A stretch of DNA of 64,000 nucleotides from an uncultured Rhodothermaceae bacterium (GCA_964503085.1 CAZCYQ010000014.1:211-64210), one strand, 5' to 3'; positions 49,794-60,307 are shown, counted from the stretch's first letter. Numbers and translations: made by a program. Notes: generated from the sequence alone by a model not told the origin.

Positions 49794-50951
49794 TCAAAGG
49801 TCTGTGGTGGAATCCGAGCGCGCATTCAGGATAGGAATCCCAAACTCATCCAGTGCATAATAATGTTGGTCTGTGATTATGCGGTCACCGTCTCCCAGGG
49901 TTGATTGTCCGCGGACGACTACCGTTTCGCCGGCGGTCAGGCCGCTTGTAACCACGACCCGGTTGGCATATTCAGGACCGACGGTAATGCTACGACGTTG
50001 GGCGAAGCTACCCTCCTCACGCTGTTCAATGACATAAATAGCCAGTCCTGCTTCGTTGCGGGTGATGGCGTTGCCGGGGATAACCAGTGCATCTTCAATG
50101 GTGAGTCTCACAATTGCCAGTTGCACGATCATTTCGGGCTTCAATTTTCCATCCGAATTATCCACGGCAATTTTTACTTCAAATGAGCGGCTATTGGGAT
50201 CAATTACACTGCCGGCAAAACTGACGCGTCCTGTACGTGCAGGAGCTTCAGCGCTGCGTGGGCTGATTCTTGCCAGTGTGCCGATTTCGATCTCGCCGGC
50301 ATACCTCTCTGAGATGCCCGCCACAACTTGGACACTGCGTGAATCTACCAGGCGGAGCAATTGCGTACCGCCTACAACCTGCTCACCAGGTTCAATGTAG
50401 CGTTCCTCGACTGTGGCAGTGATTGGTGCAGGAAGAATGGTATTAGCCAGTTGGCGGGTAGCCTGATCATAGACGGCTTCAGCCAAGGACAGTGTTGATT
50501 TAGCCTGATCAAGCGTCGTTTCCAGGCGCGTGAACTCCAGGGCACTGATGATTGAATCTGCAAAAAGGGGCTGCTGCCTATCGTAGCTGTCCTGAGCAAT
50601 TCTCAGTGCAGCTCGGGCATTACTAACCTGTGCTTCGGCTTGACGATGCGCTGTTTGCAAGATTTCATCGTCAACACGAGCAACTGTTTGTTCTGCACGG
50701 ACAGTTTGCCCTAGAGGGGCGATCATTTCGAGTGTGCCGGTCGTTCGTGCCGAGACGATCACATCATGATTTGCTTCAATGGTCCCAGTGAGTTCGATAA
50801 AATCATCAAATGCAACGGGAAGCATTTCGAGCGTCTCGACATGCTTGGCTGGCACCGGCGGAGGTTCACTTTCGGCATTTGGACTATTCCCCGGATCTGC
50901 ACATGCAGACCAAAGGCAGCAACAAAGTAGTAGGATATAAGGAGTTCTCAT
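49794..50951 (-). CDS. RND efflux periplasmic adaptor (MFP/HlyD family) lipoprotein
   Basis: Lipobox 'LWSAC'. Coiled-coil hairpin region, beta-barrel C-terminus. Sits between the TolC-like and RND genes. Confidence 0.85.
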   Translation of the reverse strand: MRTPYILLLCCCLWSACADPGNSPNAESEPPPVPAKHVETLEMLPVAFDDFIELTGTIEANHDVIVSARTTGTLEMIAPLGQTVRAEQTVARVDDEILQTAHRQAEAQVSNARAALRIAQDSYDRQQPLFADSIISALEFTRLETTLDQAKSTLSLAEAVYDQATRQLANTILPAPITATVEERYIEPGEQVVGGTQLLRLVDSRSVQVVAGISERYAGEIEIGTLARISPRSAEAPARTGRVSFAGSVIDPNSRSFEVKIAVDNSDGKLKPEMIVQLAIVRLTIEDALVIPGNAITRNEAGLAIYVIEQREEGSFAQRRSITVGPEYANRVVVTSGLTAGETVVVRGQSTLGDGDRIITDQHYYALDEFGIPILNARSDSTTDL

Positions 50952-50963
50952 AGGTTGATTCTG

Positions 50964-52547
50964 TTACTTACCAGCCAAGGCCAGTCTGAGATCGGTCTGT
51001 CTCCCGACCGGTACGCCAAGAGCAACCTCCAGGTTACTTTGAGCAATCAGGAAGCTGTGTACGGCACGCAGATGGTTCAGTTTACTGGTATCCAGCTGCT
51101 CGGATGCAGATCTCACTTCCAGGAGGTTAGCTACGCCCTCATTGGATCTGGACAGGGTATACTCATAATTGAGTTCGGCATTTGCTACGTTAGTCTCCTG
51201 GCTTGAGATCTGGTGATAGGCAGTTGTGAGGTCACGTAAAGCTGATTCAATTTCCAATCTCATTGCAGCCGTAGCCTGATCAAGTGCCACTCCTGCCTGA
51301 CGGGCAGCAACCTGCGCACGCTGGACGGCACGTCTGTTTTGCAACCCGTCAAAGATTGTCCACTGGAGTCTGAATCCAACATTTACTGCGGACTGCCAGT
51401 ACGCTTCGCTGAAGTAGTTGTTACTGCCCTGCGAAAACTTGAACGGATTCTTAGGATCCGTGAGAGTAAAAGTTCGAGTATCCGGGACCCGACCGGTGTA
51501 GCTGAAATTGGCAAAGGCATCCAACGTCGGGAATCGGGTTAGTTTGGTGGCTCGGATCTCGTTCAGAGCAAACGTATAAGCTAGTCTGGCTTCTTCAATG
51601 TCCGGTCGCCCGCGGATAGCACGCTGGAATGCATCAGTTGCTGCAACGGAGAGATATGGTGATATCTCATCAATTGTCAATGTTCCATTAATGACAATAT
51701 CCTGCTCCATGGGCAGTCCAAGCATGTATTTAAGTTGGTCAACGGCATTGTCTGCCTGGGTTTGTGCACGAACCAATGCTGTTTCCTGATTGGTTAGCTC
51801 TACGTCCATGCTGAGTCGTTGGATTTTAGGCAGAATTCCCCTGCTTACACGGATTGCTGTTTCATCCCGTGAGGCACGAATCCTTGTCACACTCTGGGCT
51901 GCAACACGAACTTCTTCCTCGGCAAGCAATGCACCGTAGAATGCCTCGCGAACCTGACCAATAATGACCTGCTCCTGCCGTTCGGCCGCTTTACTGATTT
52001 GTTGAAGTGCGGTGCGGAATCCATCAGGATGCACGATTCTGACCCAATTGGCCACATTTATGATCGTTTGCGTGATCGAAACCGAGTTCAAGTACTGATT
52101 GGCAACCGAAAATGGGTTATCGCTGGGCTCGCTGGGCATAATTCCCGCTGCGTCCAGTCCTCTTCGCTGTCGGTCGGCAAACTCGGCAAATGTAATTGGG
52201 TGTGTAGTATTATTTCCATCTGTTCGCGCTGACTCATTAAAGCCTAGCCAGTCGATGAAGGCGAACCCGGAGAAGAAGTCTCCGGCAGCACTGCCGGCAA
52301 AAGGATTGGCGTCCTTCACGTTTCTCGTATAGGAGCTCGTTCCCTCGATCGTTGGGAAAGCTACGCCCACTGAGCCAAGAATCAGCAACCTGTTATCCTC
52401 CTCGGCAAGTTTACTGGCTTGAAGGGCATAATTGTTTAGCAGGGCAATCTCGACAGCCTCATTCAGTGTGATGCTTATGGGAGTGTCTTGGGAGCGGGCG
52501 AGGGGGACATGCAGGAGGAGAACAATGGCGATAATGGCGGGCCGCAT
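50964..52547 (-). CDS. TolC-family outer-membrane efflux protein
   Basis: Signal peptide. Two internally repeated helical/beta halves typical of TolC/OEP. First gene of the efflux operon. Confidence 0.85.
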   Translation of the reverse strand: MRPAIIAIVLLLHVPLARSQDTPISITLNEAVEIALLNNYALQASKLAEEDNRLLILGSVGVAFPTIEGTSSYTRNVKDANPFAGSAAGDFFSGFAFIDWLGFNESARTDGNNTTHPITFAEFADRQRRGLDAAGIMPSEPSDNPFSVANQYLNSVSITQTIINVANWVRIVHPDGFRTALQQISKAAERQEQVIIGQVREAFYGALLAEEEVRVAAQSVTRIRASRDETAIRVSRGILPKIQRLSMDVELTNQETALVRAQTQADNAVDQLKYMLGLPMEQDIVINGTLTIDEISPYLSVAATDAFQRAIRGRPDIEEARLAYTFALNEIRATKLTRFPTLDAFANFSYTGRVPDTRTFTLTDPKNPFKFSQGSNNYFSEAYWQSAVNVGFRLQWTIFDGLQNRRAVQRAQVAARQAGVALDQATAAMRLEIESALRDLTTAYHQISSQETNVANAELNYEYTLSRSNEGVANLLEVRSASEQLDTSKLNHLRAVHSFLIAQSNLEVALGVPVGRQTDLRLALAGK

Positions 52548-52699
52548 TGAATCAGTGATAACTGGTATTAGATTCGGGCGCGCTCAAATCCCGATTGAAC
52601 GGACCCAAAAGCGAACGCAGTTGTACGCGCGGCCTTGCTGTCGGTTGACAGTAAATAAGTCCCGGGAATTACGATGAGCGTGCACCGGGCTTCGCAGGG

Positions 52700-53767
52700 C
52701 TAAACGAAATCCTTGTGCTGGTGTGCATGCAGGTAGTCAACCACGTTCTTGACCTGCTGGGTGCTGCGATTGTGGCAGACGAGCAGTGCATCGTCGGTAT
52801 CTACGATCACCACGTCATGAACGCCTACGACGGCGACCAAGCGTTTACCGGCATGCACAAGCGAACGGCTAGTATCGTGCACGATAACATTTCCCCTGAG
52901 CACATTCCCGTGGCGATTCTTATCACTCAGATCATAGACTGCGCGCCAGTCGCCAATGTCGTTCCATCCAAAATTACCCGGAACGACGTAAACATTGCTG
53001 GCCCGTTCCATGACGCCGAAGTCAATGGAGATGCGCGTACTCTTGTGGTAGGCCTTACGGATGGCTGAGATTTCCTGCTCAGTCCCGATGTGTTGCGCTG
53101 CGTTATTGAAGGCGGCCCAGGTACTCCTCAGATGTGTACGCATATTTGACAGGAGTGCATCCGCACGCCAGACAAAAATCCCGCTATTCCAGAGAAAATC
53201 ACCGGAATCCAAAAATCTTTCTGCAGTTGCTTCGTTAGGCTTTTCGGCAAAGGTCCGCACTCTATGGGTGTCGGCACTCTCGTTGCTGGAGGTAGCATAC
53301 TGGATGTATCCGTAACCGGTGGCGGGGTAGGAGGGTTGGATACCAATCGTAACCAGGGCATCGGGCTGCTCAGCCGCAGCGACCGCCTTTTGCAGAATCT
53401 CAATAAAGCGTGCTTCATCTTTTATCAAGTGATCCGCCGGCAACACAATCATGATTGCATCGGGGTCTATCGCAAGCAGTTTGATCGCTGCGAAAGCAAT
53501 GCAAGGAGCAGTATTGCGGCTTATAGGTTCGCCAAGAATGCAGTCTTCGGGGATTGCAGGTAACTGTCTGCGTGTAAGGTCTGTGTAGCGCTCATGAGTT
53601 ACGACCAAGGTACGTTCTGGAGGTGTTATCGGGGCAACACGTTTCACTGTTTTCTGGAGTAGGGTTCCCTCTCCCAAGACATTAATGAACTGTTTGGGAT
53701 GCGCCTCTCTGCTCCGTGGCCAAAATCGACTGCCGATCCCCCCTGCCATAATAACGCTGTAAATCAT
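52700..53767 (-). CDS. manC: Mannose-1-phosphate guanylyltransferase
   Basis: N-terminal 'IMAGGIGSRFWPRSR', nucleotidyltransferase fold pattern. 355 aa (short form, without the isomerase domain). Confidence 0.85.
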   Translation of the reverse strand: MIYSVIMAGGIGSRFWPRSREAHPKQFINVLGEGTLLQKTVKRVAPITPPERTLVVTHERYTDLTRRQLPAIPEDCILGEPISRNTAPCIAFAAIKLLAIDPDAIMIVLPADHLIKDEARFIEILQKAVAAAEQPDALVTIGIQPSYPATGYGYIQYATSSNESADTHRVRTFAEKPNEATAERFLDSGDFLWNSGIFVWRADALLSNMRTHLRSTWAAFNNAAQHIGTEQEISAIRKAYHKSTRISIDFGVMERASNVYVVPGNFGWNDIGDWRAVYDLSDKNRHGNVLRGNVIVHDTSRSLVHAGKRLVAVVGVHDVVIVDTDDALLVCHNRSTQQVKNVVDYLHAHQHKDFV

Positions 53768-53957
53768 CTCTGTGTTGGTTGGACCAGAAGATATAAACCG
53801 ATTGTTAATTGGAAACAGTTCTACTATATACAGGCAGTTTAGTCACGGTTCCATCAAATGAGACAAGTTTATGCAAAGATTTGTTGTTACATGGGATGAC
53901 CCAATAGTAATCGCTTCGCGTACAAGTGGAGATTTGTTGCTTCGGGAGTACTAATTC

Positions 53958-55301
53958 ATGAAGATTGGGATAGTCGGAACAGGTTACGTTGGTCTGGTGT
54001 CGGGCGTTTGCTTTGCTGAAATGGGCAATGATGTCTGGTGCGTTGATGTCGACGAGGCCAAGGTTGCCAGTCTGCGTAGAGGAGAAATGCCGATCTACGA
54101 ACCGGATCTTGACAGCCTCCTGCACCGTAATTTGCGCGAAGAACGCGTGACCTTTACCACCTCGCTCAGCGAAGCCCTGGAAAATGCCGAGATCATATTT
54201 CTGGCATTGCCGACACCTCCTGATGCGGACGGAGAAGCGGATTTGTCCTACGTGCTGCAGGTCGCACACGCAATCGGCACTTGGCTCAGGGATAATGCGA
54301 AGTACAGGATTATTGTTAACAAGAGCACGGTTCCTGTGGGGACTGCTGCCAAGGTCAGGGAGGTACTGATTGCGCAGGGGGCTAGGTACGAGGAGGATTT
54401 TGACGTTGTATCCAATCCGGAATTTCTCAGGGAGGGAGCTGCCGTTGACGATTTTATGAAGCCGGAGAGAGTCATTTTGGGGACTTCGAGTGACCGTGCG
54501 GGCAACATCATGCGACGCCTCTATGAACCATTTGTCCGACAGGGTAATCCCATCATTTTCATGGACGAGCGCTCAGCCGAGGTAACCAAGTACGCGGCAA
54601 ACGCTTTTTTGGCATCACGGATCAGTTTCATGAACGAGGTGGCCAACTTGTGTGATCGCGTGGGGGCAGATGTCGATAAGGTGCGCATTGGGATTGGCAG
54701 CGATCGCCGGATCGGCAGGCATTTCCTGTATGCAGGGATTGGTTTTGGTGGCAGTTGTTTCCCAAAGGATGTACAGGCACTCCTGCGTACCGCGCATAGC
54801 AATGACTATGTTTTCAAGATGCTTCAGGCGGTACTTGAGGTGAACGAGAGCCAGCGGATATTATTGGTAGATCGTGTGCGGGCTTACCTAGGGGAAGGAT
54901 TGCGGGGAAAACACGCGGCAGTTTGGGGGCTTGCTTTCAAGGCCAATACGGATGATGTTCGCGAATCGCCCGCCCATGTAGTTGTCCGTGGACTTTTGGC
55001 GGAGGGTGTACGCATTACCGCTTTTGATCCTGAGGCTATGGCAACCTCTAGGACAGTTCTGGGCGATTCGGTGACCTACGCCAAGAGTGCTTATGCGGCT
55101 CTGGAAGACGTAGATATGTTACTCATTTGTACGGAGTGGCCGGAATTCAGGCGGCCGGATTTCGAGAGAATTAAGGGGCTTATGCGGCAACCACTTATCT
55201 TCGATGGGCGTAACTTGTATAATGCCCGCAGGATGGCAGAGCGAGGATTTGATTATCATAGCATTGGTCGTCCGAGGGTGTCTCCTGTTAGAGGAGCATG
55301 A
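53958..55301 (+). CDS. ugd: UDP-glucose 6-dehydrogenase
   Basis: 'GTGYVGLV' Rossmann, catalytic Cys region 'GFGGSCFPKD'. 447 aa. Confidence 0.92.
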   Translation: MKIGIVGTGYVGLVSGVCFAEMGNDVWCVDVDEAKVASLRRGEMPIYEPDLDSLLHRNLREERVTFTTSLSEALENAEIIFLALPTPPDADGEADLSYVLQVAHAIGTWLRDNAKYRIIVNKSTVPVGTAAKVREVLIAQGARYEEDFDVVSNPEFLREGAAVDDFMKPERVILGTSSDRAGNIMRRLYEPFVRQGNPIIFMDERSAEVTKYAANAFLASRISFMNEVANLCDRVGADVDKVRIGIGSDRRIGRHFLYAGIGFGGSCFPKDVQALLRTAHSNDYVFKMLQAVLEVNESQRILLVDRVRAYLGEGLRGKHAAVWGLAFKANTDDVRESPAHVVVRGLLAEGVRITAFDPEAMATSRTVLGDSVTYAKSAYAALEDVDMLLICTEWPEFRRPDFERIKGLMRQPLIFDGRNLYNARRMAERGFDYHSIGRPRVSPVRGA

Positions 55302-55331
55302 GTTTGTTCGATTCCCTAACTATAGACGGCA

Positions 55332-57098
55332 ATGGATTGGCAGGCGTATCTGACTATTGCTGTGATCGTCTCGATCGCTGTGGCACTTGTTCGGGACCTT
55401 GCTAGGCCGGACCTGATTTTTCTCGGTGCCCTGGGATTGCTTTTGGTTGCAGGGGTGATCACTCCATCGGAGGCATTTGCGGGTTTTTCCAACGGGGCGG
55501 TAATTGCACTCGGGTCACTTTTCGTTGTTGCCGCCGGAATAGAGGAAAGCGGACTGCTGCGCCGGTTTGAGCGGCAGTTACTGAGAAGGGTGTCTAACCT
55601 GCCAACGGCCCTGTTTCGGCTCATGGTGCCGACGGCACTGGTCTCGGCATTTATGAACAATACTCCCGTGGTTGCAATATGGACGCAACCTGTGCAGCGG
55701 TGGGCTTATAGATCCAGACTTTCTCCATCTAAATTACTCATCCCGTTATCGTATGCTGCAATTGCTGGCGGCATGATCACACTGATAGGTTCCTCCACTA
55801 ACGTGGTGGTTTCTGGATTGGCACAGGACGCGGGACTTACGCTAGCTCTTTTCGATTTCACCTTAATTGGGCTGCCGGCAGCTATCGTAGTATTAATATT
55901 TATGGCTTTTTTCGGAGTGCGACTTTTGCCAGATCGTGCCAGTGAGCCTACGTTTACCCGTTCCCGTCTGGAAAAGTGTTTGTTTGAAGTCCGCGTAACC
56001 AGGCGTTGTCCTTATATCGGTCAAACCTTAAAACAGGCTGGATTGGGTGTTGGAGACGAATCTGCAGTAATCGTTCAGATAAGGCGGGGTAAGCACGTAA
56101 TGGCTTTCGATCCGCAATTAATTTTGGGTCAGGACGATGTGCTATGTTTTAGCGGCAGTCTCTCGGTTCTGGAGGACCTGCTGGATAGACCAGGATTTGG
56201 TCCGGGAAGGGCTATTTCCGAACAACGACTTGGCAATCTTCTTCCAATGTATGAGGCTGTGATCAGTGATACTTCCACTATGATCGGCAAATCTCTTGCA
56301 GAGGTGGATTTTCTTGCTGCATACGGTGCGGTTGTGCTAGCGGTGCAGCACAAGTCGGGGGTGCTTGAAGGTGCTGGTATGAGAGATACAACCTTAAAGG
56401 CCGGAGACCTATTGTTGGTTGGTGCTGTAGCGGGTTTTGAGGAGCGTTGGAACGCAAGTCACGCAGAATTCTTCTATGTCGTGCCCCGCGGGGTGTCTCG
56501 TCGAAAGTTTTCGAGAGTACGGATGGTAACATCGGTGGGTATCTTGGCAGCCATGGTTTTGGCTATCAGTACTGGAAGGGTTCCGTTGCCAACAGCGGCA
56601 TTTACAGCAGCACTTGCCATCGTAGTGACACGCTGTATAACGGTTGCAACTGCCCGAAACGCGCTGGATCTGCAGGTGCTGCTACTTATAGCGTCTGCAC
56701 TAGGACTAGGGGTTGCTGTAGGAAAGACCGGAGTCGCAGAGAGCCTTGCCCAAGTCCTGACAGAAATTGGCGGAGTCAGCCCAATTCTGGCCTTGCTTGT
56801 ACTATATGCATGTACCAATGTACTAACGGAGTTGATCGCAAACAAGGCGGCCGCCGTACTGATGTTGCCGGTTGCATTTTCCATGGCCTCAACTTTTGAT
56901 GCGGACCCCAAGGCTTTTGTTTTGACCGTGGCAGTTGCCGCGGCCGCCAGCTTTATGACCCCCGTGGGTTATCAGACAAACCTGATGGTCATGGCCGCGG
57001 GGAATTATAGGGTTCGGGATTACTTACGTGTTGGGCTGCCGGTTAGCCTATTGGTAATGCTGGTCTCCACGACAATCATCTCCATAAGGTGGTTGTAA
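55332..57098 (+). CDS. SLC13/DASS-family anion permease with two central TrkA-C domains (probable sulfate or dicarboxylate transporter)
   Basis: 588 aa. N- and C-terminal polytopic halves flank a soluble insert of about 170 aa (TrkA-C-like, 'GKSLAEVDF...GAVVLAVQH'). Adjacent to sat/cysC. Confidence 0.8.
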   Translation: MDWQAYLTIAVIVSIAVALVRDLARPDLIFLGALGLLLVAGVITPSEAFAGFSNGAVIALGSLFVVAAGIEESGLLRRFERQLLRRVSNLPTALFRLMVPTALVSAFMNNTPVVAIWTQPVQRWAYRSRLSPSKLLIPLSYAAIAGGMITLIGSSTNVVVSGLAQDAGLTLALFDFTLIGLPAAIVVLIFMAFFGVRLLPDRASEPTFTRSRLEKCLFEVRVTRRCPYIGQTLKQAGLGVGDESAVIVQIRRGKHVMAFDPQLILGQDDVLCFSGSLSVLEDLLDRPGFGPGRAISEQRLGNLLPMYEAVISDTSTMIGKSLAEVDFLAAYGAVVLAVQHKSGVLEGAGMRDTTLKAGDLLLVGAVAGFEERWNASHAEFFYVVPRGVSRRKFSRVRMVTSVGILAAMVLAISTGRVPLPTAAFTAALAIVVTRCITVATARNALDLQVLLLIASALGLGVAVGKTGVAESLAQVLTEIGGVSPILALLVLYACTNVLTELIANKAAAVLMLPVAFSMASTFDADPKAFVLTVAVAAAASFMTPVGYQTNLMVMAAGNYRVRDYLRVGLPVSLLVMLVSTTIISIRWL

Positions 57099-57197
57099 AA
57101 GTCATGTGAACAGATATGCACCTTGTAGGTGCAACGCCGCTCCCCCGATTTTACGTGGTCTATTTTCTCCGATAACTTTTTCCCCAATAGAAACGCT

Positions 57198-58907
57198 ATG
57201 GCAGTTTTGATTGAGCCTCATGGAGGCTCATTGACGGAATCTCTCGTGGATCAAGAGCGCAGGGAGGCTCTTAAAAGCAGTTCGGTCAATCTTCAGTCAA
57301 TAGTCCTTTCAGATCGGCAATTGTGCGATTTGGAGTTGATACTCTGTGGTGGATTCTCCCCGCTCAGGGGTTTCCTAAATCAGGAGGACTACGAAGGTGT
57401 TGTGCGGGACATGCGCCTTTCGTGCGGCACTCTTTGGCCCATACCGATCACGCTTGACATTACTGAGGAGGATGTGAAGCGAATCAAGGGGCATCGTCAG
57501 ATAGCACTTCGTGATGTCACAGGGTTACTCCTGGCGATCCTTCATGTCGGAGATCTCTGGAAGCCAGACAAAGAGCGAGAGGCGAGAGAGGTCTTCAACA
57601 CGGTCAGCAGCGAACACCCTGCGGTGGAATATCTCTTCAACCGGGCAGGTACGTATTATTTAGGCGGTACACTGGAAGGGGTTCAGTTGCCACCTCATTA
57701 CGATTTCCCTAATCTTCGGCATACGCCCCGGCAACTGCGTGAAATTTTTCGGAGTCAAGGGAGTTCGCGTGTCGTAGCCTTCCAGACGCGCAATCCCATG
57801 CATCGTGCGCACAAAGAGCTGACCGATCGGGCTTCTCAGGAGATAGGCGGGAAACTGCTGATTCATCCGGTAGTGGGGATGACGAAATCGGGAGATATAG
57901 ACCACTACACGCGTGTGCGCAGCTACAAAAAGCTGCTAAATTATTATCCCGAAGGTCAGGCTTTAATAAGCCTGTTGCCGCTCGCGATGCGCATGGGTGG
58001 GCCGCGAGAAGCACTCTGGCATGCAATCATCCGTAAGAATTATGGCTGTACCCACCTTATCATAGGGCGTGATCATGCTGGTCCAGGCACAATGAAGGAT
58101 GGCACGCCGTTCTATGGTCCGTACGATGCCCAGGATCTGGTCAGGGACCATGCGAAAGAAGTAGGTATAGGTGTGGTACCATTTCGGTTAATGGTTTATG
58201 CGCCGGAATCAGACGTGTACAAGCCGATAGACGAAGTTGTTGAGGGCGAGGAAACCCTGAATATTTCAGGGACTCAGTTGCGGGGGATGCTTTCCAGTGG
58301 GGAGGAGATTCCCGAATGGTTCTCCTACAAGGGTGTGATTGAGGAGTTGCGAAAGACTTATCCTCCACGGGGACAACAAGGTTTTGCCGTGTTCCTGACG
58401 GGGTTGTCCGGTTCAGGAAAATCCACGATTGCAAACGCACTTCAGGCCAGGCTACTGGAGCTCTTGTCGTGTCCGGTCACGCTTTTGGATGGCGACGTAG
58501 TCAGGACCAATCTGAGTAAAGGTTTAGGTTTCTCGCAAGAAGATCGGTCGACGAATGTTCAGCGCATTGGCTATGTCGCCTCAGAAATTGTTAGGCATCG
58601 TGGAGTAGTTATCTGTGCACCGATTGCCCCGTATGAAGAGGATCGTGCCATTAATCGCCGGCGTATAGAGCGCGAAGGTGGTTACATCCAGGTTTTCGTA
58701 AATGCTTCGCTGGAAGTATGTGAACGTAGAGACGTAAAGGGGTTATATGCAAAGGCCCGTGCAGGAATCATAAAGGGTTTCACCGGTATTGACGATCCCT
58801 ATGAAGTTCCCGAAAATTCAGAAGTTGTCTGCCGGACGGATGAAGAAACCGTGGAAGAGAGCACGCAGTTAATCGTTCAAAAGCTGAGAGATTTAGGTTT
58901 TCTGTAG
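57198..58907 (+). CDS. Bifunctional sulfate adenylyltransferase / adenylylsulfate kinase (PAPS synthase-type fusion)
   Basis: ATP-sulfurylase motifs 'FQTRNPMHRAH' and 'GRDHAGPG'. C-terminal APS-kinase P-loop 'GLSGSGKST'. ATG at 57198; the track start at 57129 is GTG. Confidence 0.92.
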   Translation: MAVLIEPHGGSLTESLVDQERREALKSSSVNLQSIVLSDRQLCDLELILCGGFSPLRGFLNQEDYEGVVRDMRLSCGTLWPIPITLDITEEDVKRIKGHRQIALRDVTGLLLAILHVGDLWKPDKEREAREVFNTVSSEHPAVEYLFNRAGTYYLGGTLEGVQLPPHYDFPNLRHTPRQLREIFRSQGSSRVVAFQTRNPMHRAHKELTDRASQEIGGKLLIHPVVGMTKSGDIDHYTRVRSYKKLLNYYPEGQALISLLPLAMRMGGPREALWHAIIRKNYGCTHLIIGRDHAGPGTMKDGTPFYGPYDAQDLVRDHAKEVGIGVVPFRLMVYAPESDVYKPIDEVVEGEETLNISGTQLRGMLSSGEEIPEWFSYKGVIEELRKTYPPRGQQGFAVFLTGLSGSGKSTIANALQARLLELLSCPVTLLDGDVVRTNLSKGLGFSQEDRSTNVQRIGYVASEIVRHRGVVICAPIAPYEEDRAINRRRIEREGGYIQVFVNASLEVCERRDVKGLYAKARAGIIKGFTGIDDPYEVPENSEVVCRTDEETVEESTQLIVQKLRDLGFL

Positions 58908-58916
58908 AATAAAAGC

Positions 58917-60254
58917 ATGAAAACATCTGCATATGAGGCGCTGAAAGAGCGTATAGAGTCACGTGATCTGACGATTGCCGTGATAGGTTTGGGGTATGTA
59001 GGATTGCCGCTTGCAGCAGCTTTTGCCGAGGTAGGCTTCAGGGTTATTGGAATTGATGTTGACGAGAAAAAGACGCGATTGGTCAATCGAGGTATATCCT
59101 ATATAGAGGACATGGCCAGCGACCGATTGAGTACGCTCGTGGATCAGGGGTTCCTGCGCGCGACGAGCGAGTTTGACATCCTGGATACCTGTGATGCCGT
59201 TAGTATTTGTGTTCCGACTCCGTTGGGTAAGACCGGAGCACCGGATGTTTCTCACATCCTGAGTGCTGCAGATGCGATCGCTGAGCATCTGCATTCGGGC
59301 ATGATTGTCGTACTGGAGAGCACCACATATCCAGGCACGACCACCGAGGTGATTTTGCCGCGCTTTCATCAACAGGCGGTGAATCTTGAAGTTGGGAAGG
59401 ACTTTTTTCTGTGTTTTTCGCCCGAGCGCGTCGATCCTGGGCGTAGGGACTGGACTACAAAGAATACGCCAAAGGTGATGGGTGGAGTGACATCGGAATG
59501 CCTTCGCGTGGGCAGGATGCTTTACGAGTCTGCCATTGAGTCTGTAGTCCCGGTATCGAGTACGGAGGCGGCAGAGCTTACCAAGCTGGTTGAGAACACT
59601 TTTCGAGCCGTAAACATCGGGTTGGCAAACGAAGTGCTCCTGATTTGCGATAAGCTGGGCTTGAATGCCTGGGAGGTAGTTGAAGCAGCGGGGACCAAGC
59701 CATTTGGTTTTATGAAGTTCCTGCCGGGCCCGGGGCTAGGGGGGCATTGCATCCCCATTGATCCGCAGTACCTGTCCTGGAAGTTGCGCACCTTGGGATA
59801 CACTGCTCGGTTTATTGAGTTGGCAACCGAGATAAATACAGCTATGCCCAAGTATTGGGTAGGCTGTGTGCAGGATGTACTCAATGAAGAAGGAAAGCCA
59901 CTGCGGGGCAGCAATATTCTGGTCGTAGGTGTTGCATACAAAAAGGATGTTGGTGATTTACGTGAATCCCCCGCCCTGGATATCCTCAAGCTTCTTAGGG
60001 ATAAGGGGGCAATAATCAATTACCATGATCCATATGTGCCGGTTTTTACACTTGATGAACTGGAGATGGTATCGGTCGTCGATCTGGACGCTGCTTTGGC
60101 TGAGGCAGATTGCGTGCTAATTGCCACAGACCATACCAGTTATGACTGGCCTACATTGCATAAACAAGCTCGGTTGGTCGTGGATACGCGGGCTACGCTG
60201 GGTCAGGAGCAGGATGCGATCATGAGATACGCATGGGCGGGTGTGCGCGGTTGA
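58917..60254 (+). CDS. Nucleotide-sugar dehydrogenase (UDP-N-acetyl-D-mannosamine/-glucosamine dehydrogenase-like)
   Basis: 'GLGYVGLPLA' Rossmann, catalytic Cys 'GLGGHCIPIDP'. 445 aa. Confidence 0.88.
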   Translation: MKTSAYEALKERIESRDLTIAVIGLGYVGLPLAAAFAEVGFRVIGIDVDEKKTRLVNRGISYIEDMASDRLSTLVDQGFLRATSEFDILDTCDAVSICVPTPLGKTGAPDVSHILSAADAIAEHLHSGMIVVLESTTYPGTTTEVILPRFHQQAVNLEVGKDFFLCFSPERVDPGRRDWTTKNTPKVMGGVTSECLRVGRMLYESAIESVVPVSSTEAAELTKLVENTFRAVNIGLANEVLLICDKLGLNAWEVVEAAGTKPFGFMKFLPGPGLGGHCIPIDPQYLSWKLRTLGYTARFIELATEINTAMPKYWVGCVQDVLNEEGKPLRGSNILVVGVAYKKDVGDLRESPALDILKLLRDKGAIINYHDPYVPVFTLDELEMVSVVDLDAALAEADCVLIATDHTSYDWPTLHKQARLVVDTRATLGQEQDAIMRYAWAGVRG

Positions 60255-60291
60255 GTGGGGATTTACGGGAGATCGTGACTCTGATAAGCCA

Positions 60292-60307
60292 TCTTATAGC
60301 AGACCGA
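60292..60307. repeat. Left copy of an imperfect direct repeat bracketing the NYN/NACHT cassette
   Basis: 'tcttatagCAGaccga' lies 44 nt upstream of the ATG at 60351. It matches 'tcttatagaccga' at 63348-63360 (8+5 identical nt with a 3-nt indel). Confidence 0.35.

Noticed and set aside
53805-54269. 154-aa minus-strand ORF overlapping the ugd start
   Set aside because: It overlaps the strongly supported UDP-glucose dehydrogenase N-terminus on the opposite strand. Arg/Cys-rich nonsense-like translation.
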